NCBI RefSeq assembly: GCF_006345805.1
Contig: NC_042999.1
Span: forward strand, 29,202,001-29,266,000
Source of the DNA: Octopus sinensis
Lineage: Eukaryota
DNA length: 64,000 bases
Direction: 5' to 3'
Shown here: positions 35,861 through 49,651 of the stretch, in pieces
How the letters are laid out: every line of letters begins with the position of its first letter
Numbering within the stretch: the first letter of the stretch is position 1
Made by a program: the position numbers and the translations under genes
The notes under the pieces: model-generated
What the model was told of the DNA's origin: nothing
Databases searched by the model: none
What the model saw: the letters and a program-made list of their open reading frames with translations, nothing else

Positions 35861-38820
35861 TTTACATCTATTTAATCCAGAAATGAGTATGCAGTTAATC
35901 AAACCTGGTGGATTCGTTGTTTTTTCTCTTTACCTACGGGAATTGAGAGTATTGTTGTCTGGGAGATATATTATAGTAGGGGAATAGTAGTTAACTGCTA
36001 TTTTTAAATGTCGATATGTGGTGAAGCAGCTTAGTGTACGCTAATTATAATTATACTTATAATAATAGAATGTTTGTATAAGGATACCGATAATGCTTCT
36101 TTTAATATACCAAACCACTTGGTAAAATAATTAATTATTAATTAATTAATGTTACCCTTTATTATTATTGATATATATATGTGTGTGTGTTCTTTTATTA
36201 TCTTATATGTTTCTGCATTAAGTATGTGGTCACGTTGGAGCTCTCTCACTTTTGTCACTGACTCAAATTCCTTTTTGGCAATTTAAAGAACTCTCAAACA
36301 CACTTTCCCAAACACAAGCAAATGTTGTCTGAAAAAATTTAAGTTGGTTAGGCTACAATATTATATAATACATTGTATTTTATACAAAGGTGTGTGTTAT
36401 CGTGTCTCCACCTCCCACTACCACTTCACAGTCAGTGTATTGTATTTACATCCCAGTAACACAGCTATCTGCCAAAAGAATCCGTGAGGATAACTACATC
36501 TTTAAAAACATCATAAGTACTACGGTCTATTCATTTGACTAAAAGTAGTTCAAAATAGTAATATATGTGTGAATGCCACTCTGTGTGTGCGTGTGTGTGT
36601 ATACTTGCGAATGTGCGGGTAGATGGCTGACGAGAAAAGCTATAGTAAATCTCTGGAGGTCCCAGAGTCGCTTATCGCATTTAAACTACGGGAATAACCT
36701 AAATGCATTTGCCCCGAAAGAGAATTTGGTTACGTATGAAGAAACTCGCCAACAATTTGCATATTTACGTGCGGAAATAGCAGAATATGTTAAGATTCAA
36801 TATGGAAATAATTATGTTATTTCTGACCGTTCACCGTGAATAATGCATGTATGTTTCAGTGTGTGTGTTCGAGTGTGTATGTGTGCCTTCTTGCTTGCGT
36901 GCGTTTGTGAGTTTTAAAATGAAAACGCACATAGATGCACACACATACACACATATTGGTGAAGCGTCGTTGCAGCCACGATGTTCTGGGCATCTGAAGA
37001 GCTATCTTTTACTTTTACATGTGTAGCATGCATATTGGTGCAGACATGTGAAATAATTTATGAGATTAAAGTTATTTCTGCACTACGTTGTTTGGGAAAC
37101 GGCCATAATCCTTTGGATATAAAGTAGCTGAATAAATATATGCCACTCTCCTGTTTCCCGATATATTATAGTTGACACAAATCGCTAAGTTCATAGATGA
37201 CTTCTAAACAATAACGTGGCATCAAACGTAATAAACAACCCACCCTAAAACCCCATTATCCCTGCAATGGCACCAACATAATCAAGAGACGTTTGTAACT
37301 GACACATTCTATATGAAGTTCATATTAATTTCGATGAACCGCAGTACGACAACATCTTAAGAACTCGAGACTTCGAAGTCACTATGAAAATTAATTATGT
37401 TTAAGAACAAGAAGCGTGTAGCCTACACATGTATTTAGTAACCACTTCCACCCTAGTCCTATAACTCAGAAATAAGGCGTACAGTCTGTGCATCCTTCAC
37501 CTTTTCACAACAAATATGTCTTTGTTTAGTTTTGAATACACAAACAATAAAAAGAAATTCGATTCCATAGGTTTACAAATATTTGACCATATAGAGTTTT
37601 CGATTATATTATTGAGTACTACTGCAGTCTTGGTAGAACAGAACTCTAATAAAAAATATCCCCACAAGTGAAGTGTCTTTTTCCCAAACATAGTTCATGT
37701 TGCAATACATTTTTTCGTATGAGTCCTTTCTGCGCCAGAAAAGTAGATGTTATCACATTGATGATTGAAATAGGAGATTCAACCGATTGAAATATATCAA
37801 GCGTATACGATCTCTACTTTTTGACTGAAAGAAATTAAAAGAATTTCAGTGTGAAGTATTTTAATGAAATATAAGTTTCTAGTGCATTTCAATTTTAGTT
37901 CACTTGATACTTGATATTGAATACTTCTAAAAGAATGAACAAGCATATAAGTAATATGGGGACTGGTTAACATGAAAACGCTTTCAAATAAGTTTAAGTT
38001 ACGTTTTATTCAGTGCGAAATATATTTTTCAAATCTTTGAATACTGTTCCAGGCACTCAGTAGCACGATGCAGAAAAAATTGCAATGCTTTCTGTTTGCA
38101 ATGATACATTGGAGATTGAAAAATAAAAAACATGTCACTGACAGAAATGGATAAATTTGGTGAATTAAATATGAAATGTTATTCAGAAAAAGTATGAATG
38201 CCATGTATGTTGTCTCAGTGGTAAGTCATTTCATATATTGGAGATCAAATAAAACCAGTACTTGCAAAAGTTGTGTTGAATTGCATATCAGTATTGCATT
38301 ATATCAAAAGTCAGCTCGAATTACGTAGTTTATGCCATTAAGGGATTCCATTTAATGCAGTTACAAAGTTGTACTGCAGTATTCCACGTATAGCGTATTG
38401 ACAACTGCGCTCTTCATACATTCTACAAAATCACATGCAGATATTTAGCGTTATAGCATGAATAGCGACATATTCCTTTGATATTTCGCGCCGTTTAGAT
38501 AAACATAATTAGTTTCATAATTTCATTTGCCTTACGTATTAACAGAAATGTTTGTGCACGATACACAACCTTAGCGAAAAGGCCAGAAAGTGCATAGTGA
38601 CCAATACTTTACTCTAAATATTCATGATTTCAATTAATATAAAGTAATAAAAGAGTAACGTACGAGTTGAGATGTAAAACGTATTTAAAACAAGCAAAAT
38701 ATTCATTGTAGTTAGCGATGATTATATAAGATACTTATTTAACCTACTATGTTCAACTGTACCGAATAATGGGGATGAATGAGATAGAGCCCTTGAAGAA
38801 GATATAATCCTACTAAATCA

Positions 38821-40088
38821 CCACGATGCACCAGATTCTGCTTTACACTTAACAACTATGACGATATCGACGTTTATAGACTTCAGCATATGGAGCATAT
38901 TCGTTATATGGTTTTTCGAAAATTTTCACCGAAAGTTTTACTCAAAAATTTTCCCCAAAAATTTTTCGAAAATTTTCTTCGAAAGTTTTAACTAATAATT
39001 TGTCGAAAATTTTCACCAAAAATTTTCGTTAAATTTTCACCGAAAACGATGTTGACGTTTATAGACTTCAGCATATGGAGCATATTCGTTATATGGTTTT
39101 TCGAAAATTTTCACTGAAAATTTTACCCAAAAATTTTTCCAAAATTTTCACTGAAAATTCTACCCAAAAGTTTCGGAAATTTTCACCGCAAACGATGTCG
39201 AGGGATATATGGAGCATATTCTTTATATGGTTTTTCGAAAATTTTCACCGAAAATTTTACCCGAAAATTTTTCGAAAATTTTCCGAAAATTTTCTACGAA
39301 AGTTTTCACCAAATATTTACGAACATTTTCACCGACAACGATGTCGACGTTTGTAGACTTCAGGATATGGAGCATATTCGTTATATGGTTTTTCCGAAAA
39401 TTGTTCCCAAAAATTTTTCGATAATGTTCACCAAAAATTTTACCCAAATAGAGATTTATATTATTGCTAAAAATAGATGTTTATATAGCTGCTGGTACTA
39501 CATTCTCTGTATATATAGAGTGAACTCTGGTTTACTACTACAGTCTGTAAAATCTATTTTTAGCTTAAATAACATAAATCTATTTTTGGGTAAAATGTTC
39601 GGTGAACATTTTCGAAAAATATTTGGGGAAAATTTTCGGTGTAAATTTTCGGAAAATTTTTTGTGAAAATTTTCGACAAATTTTCGAAAAAGTTTTGGTG
39701 ATAATTTTCGAAAAATGTTTGGGTAAAATTTTCGATGAAAAATTTCGAAAAATATTTGGGGAAAATTTTCGGCACAAATTTTCAAAAAATTTTTGGTTAA
39801 AAATTTGGGTTTAAACTTTCGGTGAAAAATTTCGTAAAAACCATATAACGAATATGCTCCATATGCTGAAGTCTATAAACGTCGACATCGTCATAGTTGT
39901 TAAGTGAAAAGCAGAATCTGGTGTATCGTGGAATGTGAGGCATCTTGACAGTAGTAGTAAACCAGAATTCACTCTATATATATACAGAAAGCAGCCACAT
40001 AAAAATCTATTTTTAGCAATAACATAAATCTATTTTTGGTTAAATTTTCGGTGAACATTTTCGAAAAATGTTGGGGAAAATTTTCGAA
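38821..40088. mobile_element. Foldback-type element: long inverted arms built from internal tandem subrepeats
   Basis: The arm starting CCACGATGCACCAGATTCTGC (38821) pairs with the arm ending GCAGAATCTGGTGTATCGTGG (39931). A 140-190-bp unit (gacgtttatagacttcagcatatggagcatattcg...) occurs near 38868, 39054, 39197 and 39345 and inverted near 39840. The filler is 10-12-bp AAAATTTTC(ACC/GAA) units. A second inverted pair lies at 39506-39541/39950-39990. Confidence 0.85.
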
Positions 40089-40245
40089 TACTTAATCGGA
40101 GTGTATTCATGTATAAATCTGTTTTAGTATCATATTTCTTTTATAAAATCAACTTATATTTTGCAATACAACATATTATTCTATGAGTGTGTGTCTGTGT
40201 GTGTGAGTCTGTGTTTGCGCGTTTAAATGTGAGCGTTTGTGAAGA

Positions 40246-40286
<41 letters not shown>

Positions 40287-42218
40287 AATTAAAAGGGATA
40301 TATATATATATATACATATCCCTTTTAATTCAATGTGCCATTCCACGCGTCTTGAGATTTTATATGTATCTATAATGGGAATTCTGCGAACAACTTTAGC
40401 TTAACTGGAAATAAATCAGTCGTTGCTGAATGCCGTTGTGCAATCACTTTTCTTATGAGCATTTCTTTTAATGGTATTACATGTAACTGCATCGACGAGT
40501 ATACGAACGTTAACAAATTATAATTAAAGCATTTTTGTTTAAACAGACATCCACCTGTATGAGAAGTCAAAGCAGAATGTAACACAGATATGCAGAGTTA
40601 AACCGAATTTATGAAATTACTGCCATTTTATTTCTCTAGAAAGTATTTTACGATATTACTTTTCTTCAATAAAATAATTTTTGAAGATTAATACACTACA
40701 GCACATTTTAGCATCTTTGAAATCGAATTAGATATTTATATATCACATTTGGAGAAGTAATTATTAAATAATTTCCATGCGCCAATTATTTTCTCTCTTA
40801 TTTAGTGGTAATCCAATAATATATAATTAGGATTTTCGCAATTATTTGTAATTTCATTCTTTGCATTCTATTTCATATTTTCACTTCACGCATCAAACGT
40901 CTCTTAAGTTCAACCTAACTAGGAATGTGAAAAGCAAAACTCGTGTAAGAAAGAGAAAAAGAGAATCCATAACTCCACACTATTGAACACTCAAGTATAA
41001 TCAAGGTTTGTTGGACTTAATATCATTATTTGAAATGCATTTTAAAACCAGGTGCTTTCGTAGCGAGAGAAGAAAGCAGATTATGGTGTAAATATAAAAC
41101 ATCAGTCTATTTATATAATGTATTTTTCATTATGTATTTCTTAATATTTAATTTCTAGTGACTGTCTGAAATGTCCTTTTCACTAATATTAAAGATGTAC
41201 CAAATATCTTAATTGTAGCAAAACTAACTTAAACCGATTAAACGTATGTGTTAATTGTTCTACATATGAAACTTGCATGCATTTTGAAATATTTTTGAAA
41301 TGAGACTTTTGTATGTTAACTGTAAAGAATTGTAAAGTTTCCACGACAAAGGAATATTTAATTCGTACGGATTATCTCAAACAACCTTTTCAGCAGTATA
41401 GATGTAGCAAATTTCTAAATTTGAAGTGAAACGAAGTCAAATCGATTGAATTTATGTGTTATGTGATAGTTATGCTACATATGAAACCTGCATGCGTTTT
41501 GAAATAAATGAAACAGTTTCTTGGGGACTATCCTACTGGAGACAAAAAGACAAAAAAAAACCCCAAAATAACCCAATGAACTGAGAACTTAGAAATGCGA
41601 ACTGACTGATCTTTGATTTCGGTCTGAGCTACATTTATCTTGAAATTAGTTGCCATGTTGTTTTTTATATTTCTAGGTAACCTTTATATCTAAATTAACT
41701 TGGATGTAACAAGAATTGATGTATTACATTATGCTGGGAATACCTAACGTTCCAGAGACAAAACCCTTAGATTTTGATAACTTTTCCCCGACCCCACTTA
41801 CTGCTTTACTTCAGACATACTTGATTAATTTTTATTCCGGAATTATTTCCTCCTGGATTTCGTTCACAAATGAATATTTTGTTCAATATTTCACAACTCC
41901 AAAATCTGGTTGATCAATAAATTAGTACAAACACTTCAAGAAATACCGTAATATTTATTTCAGTATTTGTATGTTGAGTCTCAGGAATTGTAAAGTCTTC
42001 ACAACACAATTATTCCTTGGGCTGTTAAGAACATTTACTGTTATTGAGTTTGGTTCAGTTAAGTTGTCCTATTTGCAGAGTAATCAGCATAAAACTGTTG
42101 AACACTGATTGCGTAACAGTGAGGTAAATAATATTACATACATGCGACGGCTACAATGTCAACAGGCTGACCAAGAACACGCATTGCATGTGACCTAACT
42201 GGTTAACCTCCACTGTCT

Positions 42219-42860
42219 GACCAGAGCAAAAAAAAATGAAAACAAAAATAGTGTAATAGGTGTAAAACAATATGTAGGAAACGAATATGAAAAAAATGCG
42301 CGCTGGCGAACGGGAGTGGGGGAATCAACTCGGAAAATTCACATCGGGAGTGCTCCGAGACTTTTCAACACTTCCCCCTTTCGTTGGCGGAAGTGTCTTT
42401 CTTCATATTCATTTACTACACGCAATTTTGCACCTACTACAATATTTTGTTTTGTGACCGGGTGTTCACGTTGAGTTTTGGTATCCTGTGAGATTGATTG
42501 TGTGGATTATCCGTGTCAGTTCTCACCGCCCCAATTTTCGCCAACGCACATTTTTTTCATGATCGTTTAGTTCAATTTATTTTACTGGATCGTGTGAATT
42601 ATCCGAGTCCACAAACCACCCAGCTCCCGAAACAGAATTTTAAAATGTATATAGTTTACTAGGTGTAAAATAGTGCGAAGTAAACGGATATGAAGAAAAA
42701 CTTGCGCCGACGAACGGGGAAGTGGTGAGAAGTCTCGGAATACTCCCGATTTGAATTTTCCGTGTCGTCTCCCCCGCTCCATTTCGCCACCGCACTTTTT
42801 TTTCATATATGTTATTTTACACCTATTACACTATTTGGTTTTCATATTTTTGATCGGGCC
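42219..42860. mobile_element. MITE-like element with about 220-bp terminal inverted repeats, each arm itself hairpin-forming
   Basis: atgaaaacaaaaatagtgtaataggtgtaaaa (42237) pairs with ttttacacctattacactatttggttttcat (to 42844). Homology continues through cggaaaattca.atcgggagt..tccgagact.. to about 42460/42650. No clean TSD seen. Confidence 0.8.
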
Positions 42861-43431
42861 AAACACTTCTTCTATACATGTCCCAAAGCTTACTTCCCAT
42901 TGGTAAATAATCTTTAGGCGTATACTCGGTTACACACTCCACCCCAAGCATATATAAGTTTCAATGTTTATATATGAAAACACTGGCACACCCTCGGATA
43001 GGAAGACGAGTGTTCTAGCCCTCTTCACAGTCCACACATTTCTTCCATCGGTGTGTCTACATGTGTATCCGAATGGTGAATATGCTTTCAACCTGTCGGT
43101 CGGAAAATTCGTCAACAGTATAATATGGAGTCCGACAGCCAATTACAGTAACATTCGTACGATTTGGAGAAAACTGGAATAAAATTCCGTTCCACTCTTT
43201 GCGTGTCTTGGTTCTGCCAATCATGTAACTGTTATTTACTCTCCTCTTAAATGATTCGGCCCTTACACAGCTCAAGTGTTTCAGTTTTATCGTTTGTCTT
43301 TCCTTTTCAACTGTTAGAGATACACTTATGCGGAGTGACAAGAACGGTGTGGTAATAATAGAGAAAGAAATGCGGGCTTACTTCCTACCACACTCGTCTA
43401 TTTGATTACATATCTTCACTCCGAACACCCC

Positions 43432-43488
<57 letters not shown>

Positions 43489-43491
43489 TAT

Positions 43492-43556
<65 letters not shown>

Positions 43557-43844
43557 TTGTATTATGTATGTATATATATATATATATATATAGACATGCT
43601 TTCATTTATAATCATATACGTCTCAGTATACAGTATCTACCTCTCTATATATACACGCACTTATATATATATTCATACATATCTCCGTGTTTGTGTGTGT
43701 CTCTGTGTATGTGTCTGTGGGTGTATGTGCGTTTGTGTAGCTGCGTGTGAGCATATGTACGAGTGTGTGTGTGTTTGTGTGTATGTGAGTGCGTGTCTGC
43801 GTGTGTTTTTGTCTTTGTGTATTTGAGTGTTTGTGCCTCTGTTT

Positions 43845-43990
43845 ATCACCACCCTATGACAACAACTGTTAATGGGATTACATCCCTGTAACCTAGCTGT
43901 TCGATAAAAGGATCGATAAAAGGTTATAAAAAAGTTTTTTTACGGCGATGCCCCAGCATGGCCGGAGTCATTGCATTGAGGGTAAAAAGG
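43845..43990 (+). mobile_element. Old SINE 3' domain (cephalopod-type)
   Basis: atcaccaccctatgacaac...catccctgtaacctagctgttcg...atgccccagcatggccggagtc. A similar decayed segment lies at 36400-36560. Confidence 0.55.
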
Positions 43991-44204
43991 AAAAGGCCAT
44001 CATCACCATTATAATCGTTGGTTAAGCAACCAATATATGTAACGGTTACTTCCTGTGCCTTTTTCACGTGTATGTAATTTTATGCGAAAACAGAGTCTGT
44101 GAAAGATTTTCGTTGAAAGTCGACATGTTAAATTTCTTCCTGTAACTTATTCCTCTATAGCTAGTATTTAATGAATTTACAAGCCATTATGAAGTATTCA
44201 AAGG

Positions 44205-44385
44205 CGGCAGTATTGCGTCTGTCTTTACGTTTTGAGTTCAAATTCCGCCGAGGTCGACTTTGCCTATCATCCTTTGGCGGTCGATAAATTAAGCACTACT
44301 TGCGTTTTGGAGTCGATCTAATCGACTGTCCCTCTCCCCCAAAATTTCGCGCATCGTGCCAAGAGTAGAAAATATTATCAAGTAT
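44205..44385 (+). mobile_element. Copy of SINE family B (internally deleted head)
   Basis: aaggcggc...ttttgagttcaaattccgccgaggtcgactttgcctatcatcctttggcggtcgataaattaagcact. Confidence 0.8.
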
Positions 44386-44924
44386 CCTAATGAGCTATAA
44401 CTGGAATGCCTAAAAGGAAATAAATGGTAAAAAAAAACAAAAACAAAAGTAGAAGAGGAATTTTAGAATAAGAATATTGTATAATATAATCTTGATTCTG
44501 TGATCTTTGGAGAGAATGCTTAAAGTATTTCCTAGATTGGTTCATATTGTGAAGTATATATAAATGTAACTTAAATATAGAATTTATCAATTTTGCCCAG
44601 AAGAAGGTAAGCCTTGCTTCGAAAAGCATCCAATCTGAAGCGCAACACGTATTTATTAAATGTATTTAAATCAAAGGAGATCCAGTGATTTTCTTTAGCA
44701 AAATATAGACCGAGAATTCCCTCCTAAATACGATGGAGCAATTCCTAATATATACAATGGTGCACTATTTAATATTATCATATAATCTCCAAATTAGTTA
44801 CTTAAGGAAACGATATATCGTCTTTAAACTTGAAGGGTGAAATGTGGTTGCACATTTGTATTAATGATTTCAGATTTTTGCCTCAATGACAGCTTGGGGA
44901 ATGGGGTTAAGTAGAGTATATTGA

Positions 44925-45070
44925 CCTCAGTGCCTAACTGGTACATATCTAATAAACACCGAAAGGATGAAAGGCAAAGTCAACCGCGGCGGAAATCTGA
45001 ACTCAGAACAAAGTGGCAGAATATCGAAAAGTATTTCTCCGACGTGTTAACGATTCTGCCAGTTGACTAC
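44925..45070 (-). mobile_element. Old copy of SINE family B
   Basis: ccgaaaggatgaaaggcaaagtcaacc...gaactcagaac...gttaacgattctgccagtt, as in the minus-strand family B copies. Confidence 0.75.
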
Positions 45071-46324
45071 CTTAAACACATTTGTAATAATATACATCTC
45101 CTCATGTTTATACTGAACACATGTAAACCACAGGGCAATGGGTACTTTCCAGCCAAACGATATATATTACGATTTATTCTAAAAGAGTTAATAGTATCCA
45201 GTACATGAAACATTAGTAGATTGCCATTCCTTGTATTCTAAATAAAAACATTCTCTCTCGAATAATTTGTTTCTTGCATGCGCATTGACGACTATTCATA
45301 GAGTTATACACTGAATATATCCCGTCTTTGGATCGAAAGTTCTGAATTTTATTACCTGTTGCACTGCTTTATTGGTTATATTGCATGTGTTCGACTATGC
45401 AAATTTGATATTTTCCTATCGGAAATCAGCTGCTTGAATGTTGACAATATATGTATCTGGCCACACGCAAATTCTTTGGGATACTTGTGGCTACGTGAGA
45501 CGTAAATGCAGCAGTATAGCAGAGAATTTGCCTATTTCGCACGATAGTCCTTTTTAGTTTTCTCGACAGAATTGCCATTTGTCATCATACTAGTATACGA
45601 AGTGTCGTTTATAATGTTGCAAGGAGAGATGCACCAACCACAGGACTAGAGACCAACTTTAGATCTCCTCCTCATCATCAGAATCGTCGTCGTCATCGTC
45701 TTCATCATTATATTTGTAATAATTTATGGTTTGAGCTGGAAGAATATATTGCATGCTGGTTAAAAGAATAGTACTAAATCAATTCGTCTTTATATTCTGA
45801 TATCGAATTCTGTGAGAGTGGTAATATACATCTGACTATATATTGCTCCAAGTCCTGCTGTCATATTCAAAATCAGTGCATGATACTTAAATTGCACGCA
45901 TGACACACCTCGGTACTGTTAAACGTCCAATATACCGCCTATCATTTGCTCCAAATCATACACGCAAATCTGAAAATTTCCTCATAAAAACAGATATTCT
46001 GGAACAGTTCATCAATTTATAACTATAACATTTATCACGAAAACTCCAACTTCCTAAAGTGGTATGTCACGAGGTTTTGATGTCTTAGAGAGTACGCATC
46101 GGCAATGCATTATTGATGAAGGAAATTGTGTCTAAACCAACTGGAGCAAACTGTATACGGGATCTGTACTTTCGGTCTGGAATAAGTAAAACAGTGAAAG
46201 AATAAACAAAAACACACACAAACACAAGGACGCACACACATACACACATAAACAAACGTACAAACACACTCACACACGTGTATTGAGGTATCTCACTCTC
46301 TCTATGTATATACACACATAGATA

Positions 46325-46520
<196 letters not shown>

Positions 46521-46843
46521 CTAAAACAATTTTAGAAAAGCATTTCAGTACCGGTCATTGAGACGTTTTCAAAAGTAAGTATGGAAAACAATTGAATTTT
46601 GGGAAAATTTAAAGATAAGTTTTTTAAAAGAATATTTGCATAGTATTCAAATACAAAAGGCATTTTCTTCGTTTCTGCCTGTTTCTGTCTCTCCTGTTCA
46701 ATTTTGTGGGTTCCAGGTAGTTGTGTATTGTTGGCAGAGAAGAAGACGGGGGCCGAGGAGGAGGGGGAGGAGGAGAATAATTAGAAGAAGAAGAAGTATT
46801 AGGAGAAGAAGGAGAAAATAATAATAATAATAATAATAATGAT

Positions 46844-46875
<32 letters not shown>

Positions 46876-47334
46876 GAAGAAGAAGAAGAAGAAGAAAAAG
46901 AAGAAGAAGACGACGACGATGAAGAAGAAGATGAAGAAGAATGCGAGTTTGCCATGTTAGTAGTAGGATGTTAAATGTTCAAGTGCTCTGAAAGTGACTT
47001 GTGGATGGCAGTAGTGATTGAATTCTTGAGAGATCTCTTTTGAGTGTTTTGTTTATAAAATTTGCGTTTTATTCGAAACTGTAATAGTGGTAAAGTAAGG
47101 AAGGCGGTGGCGGAGAGCAAGAATACGAAAAAGAAGTAGGAGAAATAGAAGAAAGAATAATAAGGGAATGTAGCTGTTATGATAGAACTAGGGTGTCAAA
47201 TGGCCAAGCAATCTAAAAGTGACACTTTATGGATTATAGTAGTAATTGAGACAGTTTTTTTAATGAATTCTTGGGTATATCTTATGTGGTTGTGTTATTC
47301 TAAGACGGTGGTTGATATGTCCTCTGCTCTTGAT

Positions 47335-47556
47335 GCGTTCTAAAGGGGCCTGTATTTTGTAATAAAGAGAGTCTCTTTACTAATGCCTTGGCTACAGGTT
47401 GTATCGTCCCTGAATTTGTAGGGGAGAAAAACTTTGAATCTTGCATTATTGTTATTGGCGCCAATGTCTATCTGTTGGCTGAATGCTAATTTTTCTGCTT
47501 TTGGGAATTTTGATCTGGGATCTGTGCAGAGACATCCTGACGTAGGCTGCTTTTTA
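47335..47556 (-). pseudogene. Penelope-like GIY-YIG, C-terminal half (split by the CR1 insertion)
   Basis: After the CR1 tail the minus strand reads KSSLRQ(R)MSLHRSQIK..LAFSQQIDIGA..FKVFLPYKFRDDT..ISKETLFITKYRPL*, the expected continuation after YIG. Confidence 0.8.
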
Positions 47557-47636
47557 ATTAGTTAGTTAGTTAATTTGGCTCAAAAGCAAATAGCAAGGCC
47601 ATGTAGGGGGACATGGAGTTAAGTACAGGGTGGTGT

Positions 47637-49409
47637 TCATGTAAAGAGTTCAGGCCACTTGAGGTCCAGGGAGGCTTTGAACAAAGCGGTCGTCGGCATC
47701 TTCACCATCTCGTCTGGCAGCTTGTTCCACGGATCCGCAACCCGGACGGAGAAAGCTCCTCTCCTTCGATTGAGATGAAATCGTCGCAGGTAGAGCTTTT
47801 CGGAATGATCCCGCAGCCGAAGCTCTGGAGCAGGAGTGAAGAACAGCTCTTTCGAGAGGTTACACTTTCCGCTTATGATGTTGTGGGCGAGAATGAGATC
47901 ACTACGGCGGCCGCGTTTTTCAAGAGAATAAAGGTCGAGCGTCCTCAGCCTTTCTTCGTAGGACAAATTTTTGAGACCATGAACCATGCGGGTAGCCAGC
48001 TTCTGGACTCTTTCGAGATGCTGTATGTATTTGAGGAGATAAGGAGAAGAGGCTTGAATCCCATACTCCAATATGGGTCTCACCACCGTGACATAGAGTG
48101 GTAGGAATATGGCTGCTGTGAGCATTCCGAATGACCGTCGAATTAGGATGAGAATTCCACGTGCTTTGTTGGCAGCATGGACGCACTGGGCCGAAGGCGA
48201 AAAGGAGGAATCCACCAAGATACCTAGGTCCTTTACCTGATCGGTCCTCTCCAGCAGCAGACAACCCGGCTCGAAATCAAGTTGAGTTGCAGGAGTAGAG
48301 CCGACAGGCAGATGACAGCACTTTGACACGTTCAGACAAAGGTCCCAATCGTTAGACCACTTCCAAATTTGGTGGAGGCATCGACGAAGATCCTCTATAT
48401 TACCGCGAGGAGCGACCAGTTTGATATCGTCGGCAAATAGAAGGGTGTGTTGCGTGAGGTCGTCGGGCAAGTCATTTATGAAGACTAAGAACAACAAGGG
48501 CCCAAGCACTGAACCTTGAGGCACGCCACTGCTCGCACTGGAGACGCCGGACCGCGAACCATTAACTTGGACTTGGAAGGAGCGATCTGGGATGAAGGCA
48601 CCAACCCATCGTACAATATCCGGATGGAAACTATATGCTTGAAGCTTGACAAGTAATAGGCGGTGGTTTACCGAGTCAAAAGCTTTGGCAAAGTCCAGTA
48701 AAACGATGTCAACAGCATCACTATCATCGAGGATGCGCGTCACCAATTCTTCCATTACTAGTAAGTTGGTCAAGCATGATCTCTTCGGCACGAAGCCGTG
48801 TTGGGAATCAGAGATAGAGGCTGTGTTTAGGAGGTGGAGCCTCATACTTTTCTTAATGATGGTTTCGAACATCTTGCTGATTATTGATGTAAGGGAAACC
48901 GGTCGGTAGTTAAGCGGGTCTTCGCGGCTCCCTTTCTTGAAACTTGGGCAGATTATCGCTGTTCTCCAGTCTGCAGGTATAACACCCGTCGCCAATGACA
49001 TATTGAATAGTCGTGTTATGGGCTCGCAGATGACCGGAGCCAACGCTTTGATAACCCGTGGGTGTATGCCGTCAGGGCCGTGACCCTTGTTGACATCGAG
49101 GCCTTGAATAACACGTTTGACTTCGTCCCGCGTGATGACCAATCGAAGCATTGGAGGTACCGATCTATCAAATGGAGGGGGTTCATGACCATCATCTTGT
49201 TTGAAAATAGTTGAAAAAGCCTCGGCAAATAATTGACTCTGTTGATAAGGGTCCTCAATCGATACGCCTGTTGAGTCTACCAACGTTGCAATCTGGTTGT
49301 TCAAGCGGGAATTCCGCTGGACATGGGCAAAGAAGGTTTTTGGATTGCTACTGGCATTTGCCGCGATTTTGTATTCATAACTGAAGCGTTCTTTCTTTTC
49401 GATTTTCAC
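47637..49409 (-). CDS. CR1 ORF2, reverse transcriptase and C-terminal part (separated from EN by frameshifts)
   Basis: GPDGIHPRVIK, NYRPVSLTSI, LDFAKAFDSVNH, SGVPQGSVLGPLLF, LFADDIKL, KDLGILVD, LERVQKLATR, AFSVRVADPWNKLP. The frame is open for 590 aa. Confidence 0.9.
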   Translation of the reverse strand: MKIEKKERFSYEYKIAANASSNPKTFFAHVQRNSRLNNQIATLVDSTGVSIEDPYQQSQLFAEAFSTIFKQDDGHEPPPFDRSVPPMLRLVITRDEVKRVIQGLDVNKGHGPDGIHPRVIKALAPVICEPITRLFNMSLATGVIPADWRTAIICPSFKKGSREDPLNYRPVSLTSIISKMFETIIKKSMRLHLLNTASISDSQHGFVPKRSCLTNLLVMEELVTRILDDSDAVDIVLLDFAKAFDSVNHRLLLVKLQAYSFHPDIVRWVGAFIPDRSFQVQVNGSRSGVSSASSGVPQGSVLGPLLFLVFINDLPDDLTQHTLLFADDIKLVAPRGNIEDLRRCLHQIWKWSNDWDLCLNVSKCCHLPVGSTPATQLDFEPGCLLLERTDQVKDLGILVDSSFSPSAQCVHAANKARGILILIRRSFGMLTAAIFLPLYVTVVRPILEYGIQASSPYLLKYIQHLERVQKLATRMVHGLKNLSYEERLRTLDLYSLEKRGRRSDLILAHNIISGKCNLSKELFFTPAPELRLRDHSEKLYLRRFHLNRRRGAFSVRVADPWNKLPDEMVKMPTTALFKASLDLKWPELFT

Positions 49410-49651
49410 GGCTCGGTCTCGTTGAGCTTTGTACCCTGAGTCGACGTTCTCGTTTAACCTTCTTCGTCACCCAGGGCTTGTGTTTCTTCCTCTTGGGAAG
49501 CCCAACGGGAACTGCCTGGTCAGTCAAACAGATTACATATACTTTGAGGGATGACCATAGTTCGTCAACTGAGGACAACGTCATCAGGGATCGCCAGTCC
49601 AGAAGCGCGGAAGCCTCGGTTAGAATTTCAAGATTAATTGCAGAGAAGACT

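Noticed and set aside
36573-36839. 88-aa ORF with a protein-like C-terminal half
   Set aside because: It starts in a GT repeat, has no recognisable motif or splice signals and has no support.
38053-38226. Possible exon bounded by ttccag| and |gtaagt
   Set aside because: All three frames contain stops. It could only be a UTR or non-coding exon, which cannot be supported from sequence alone.
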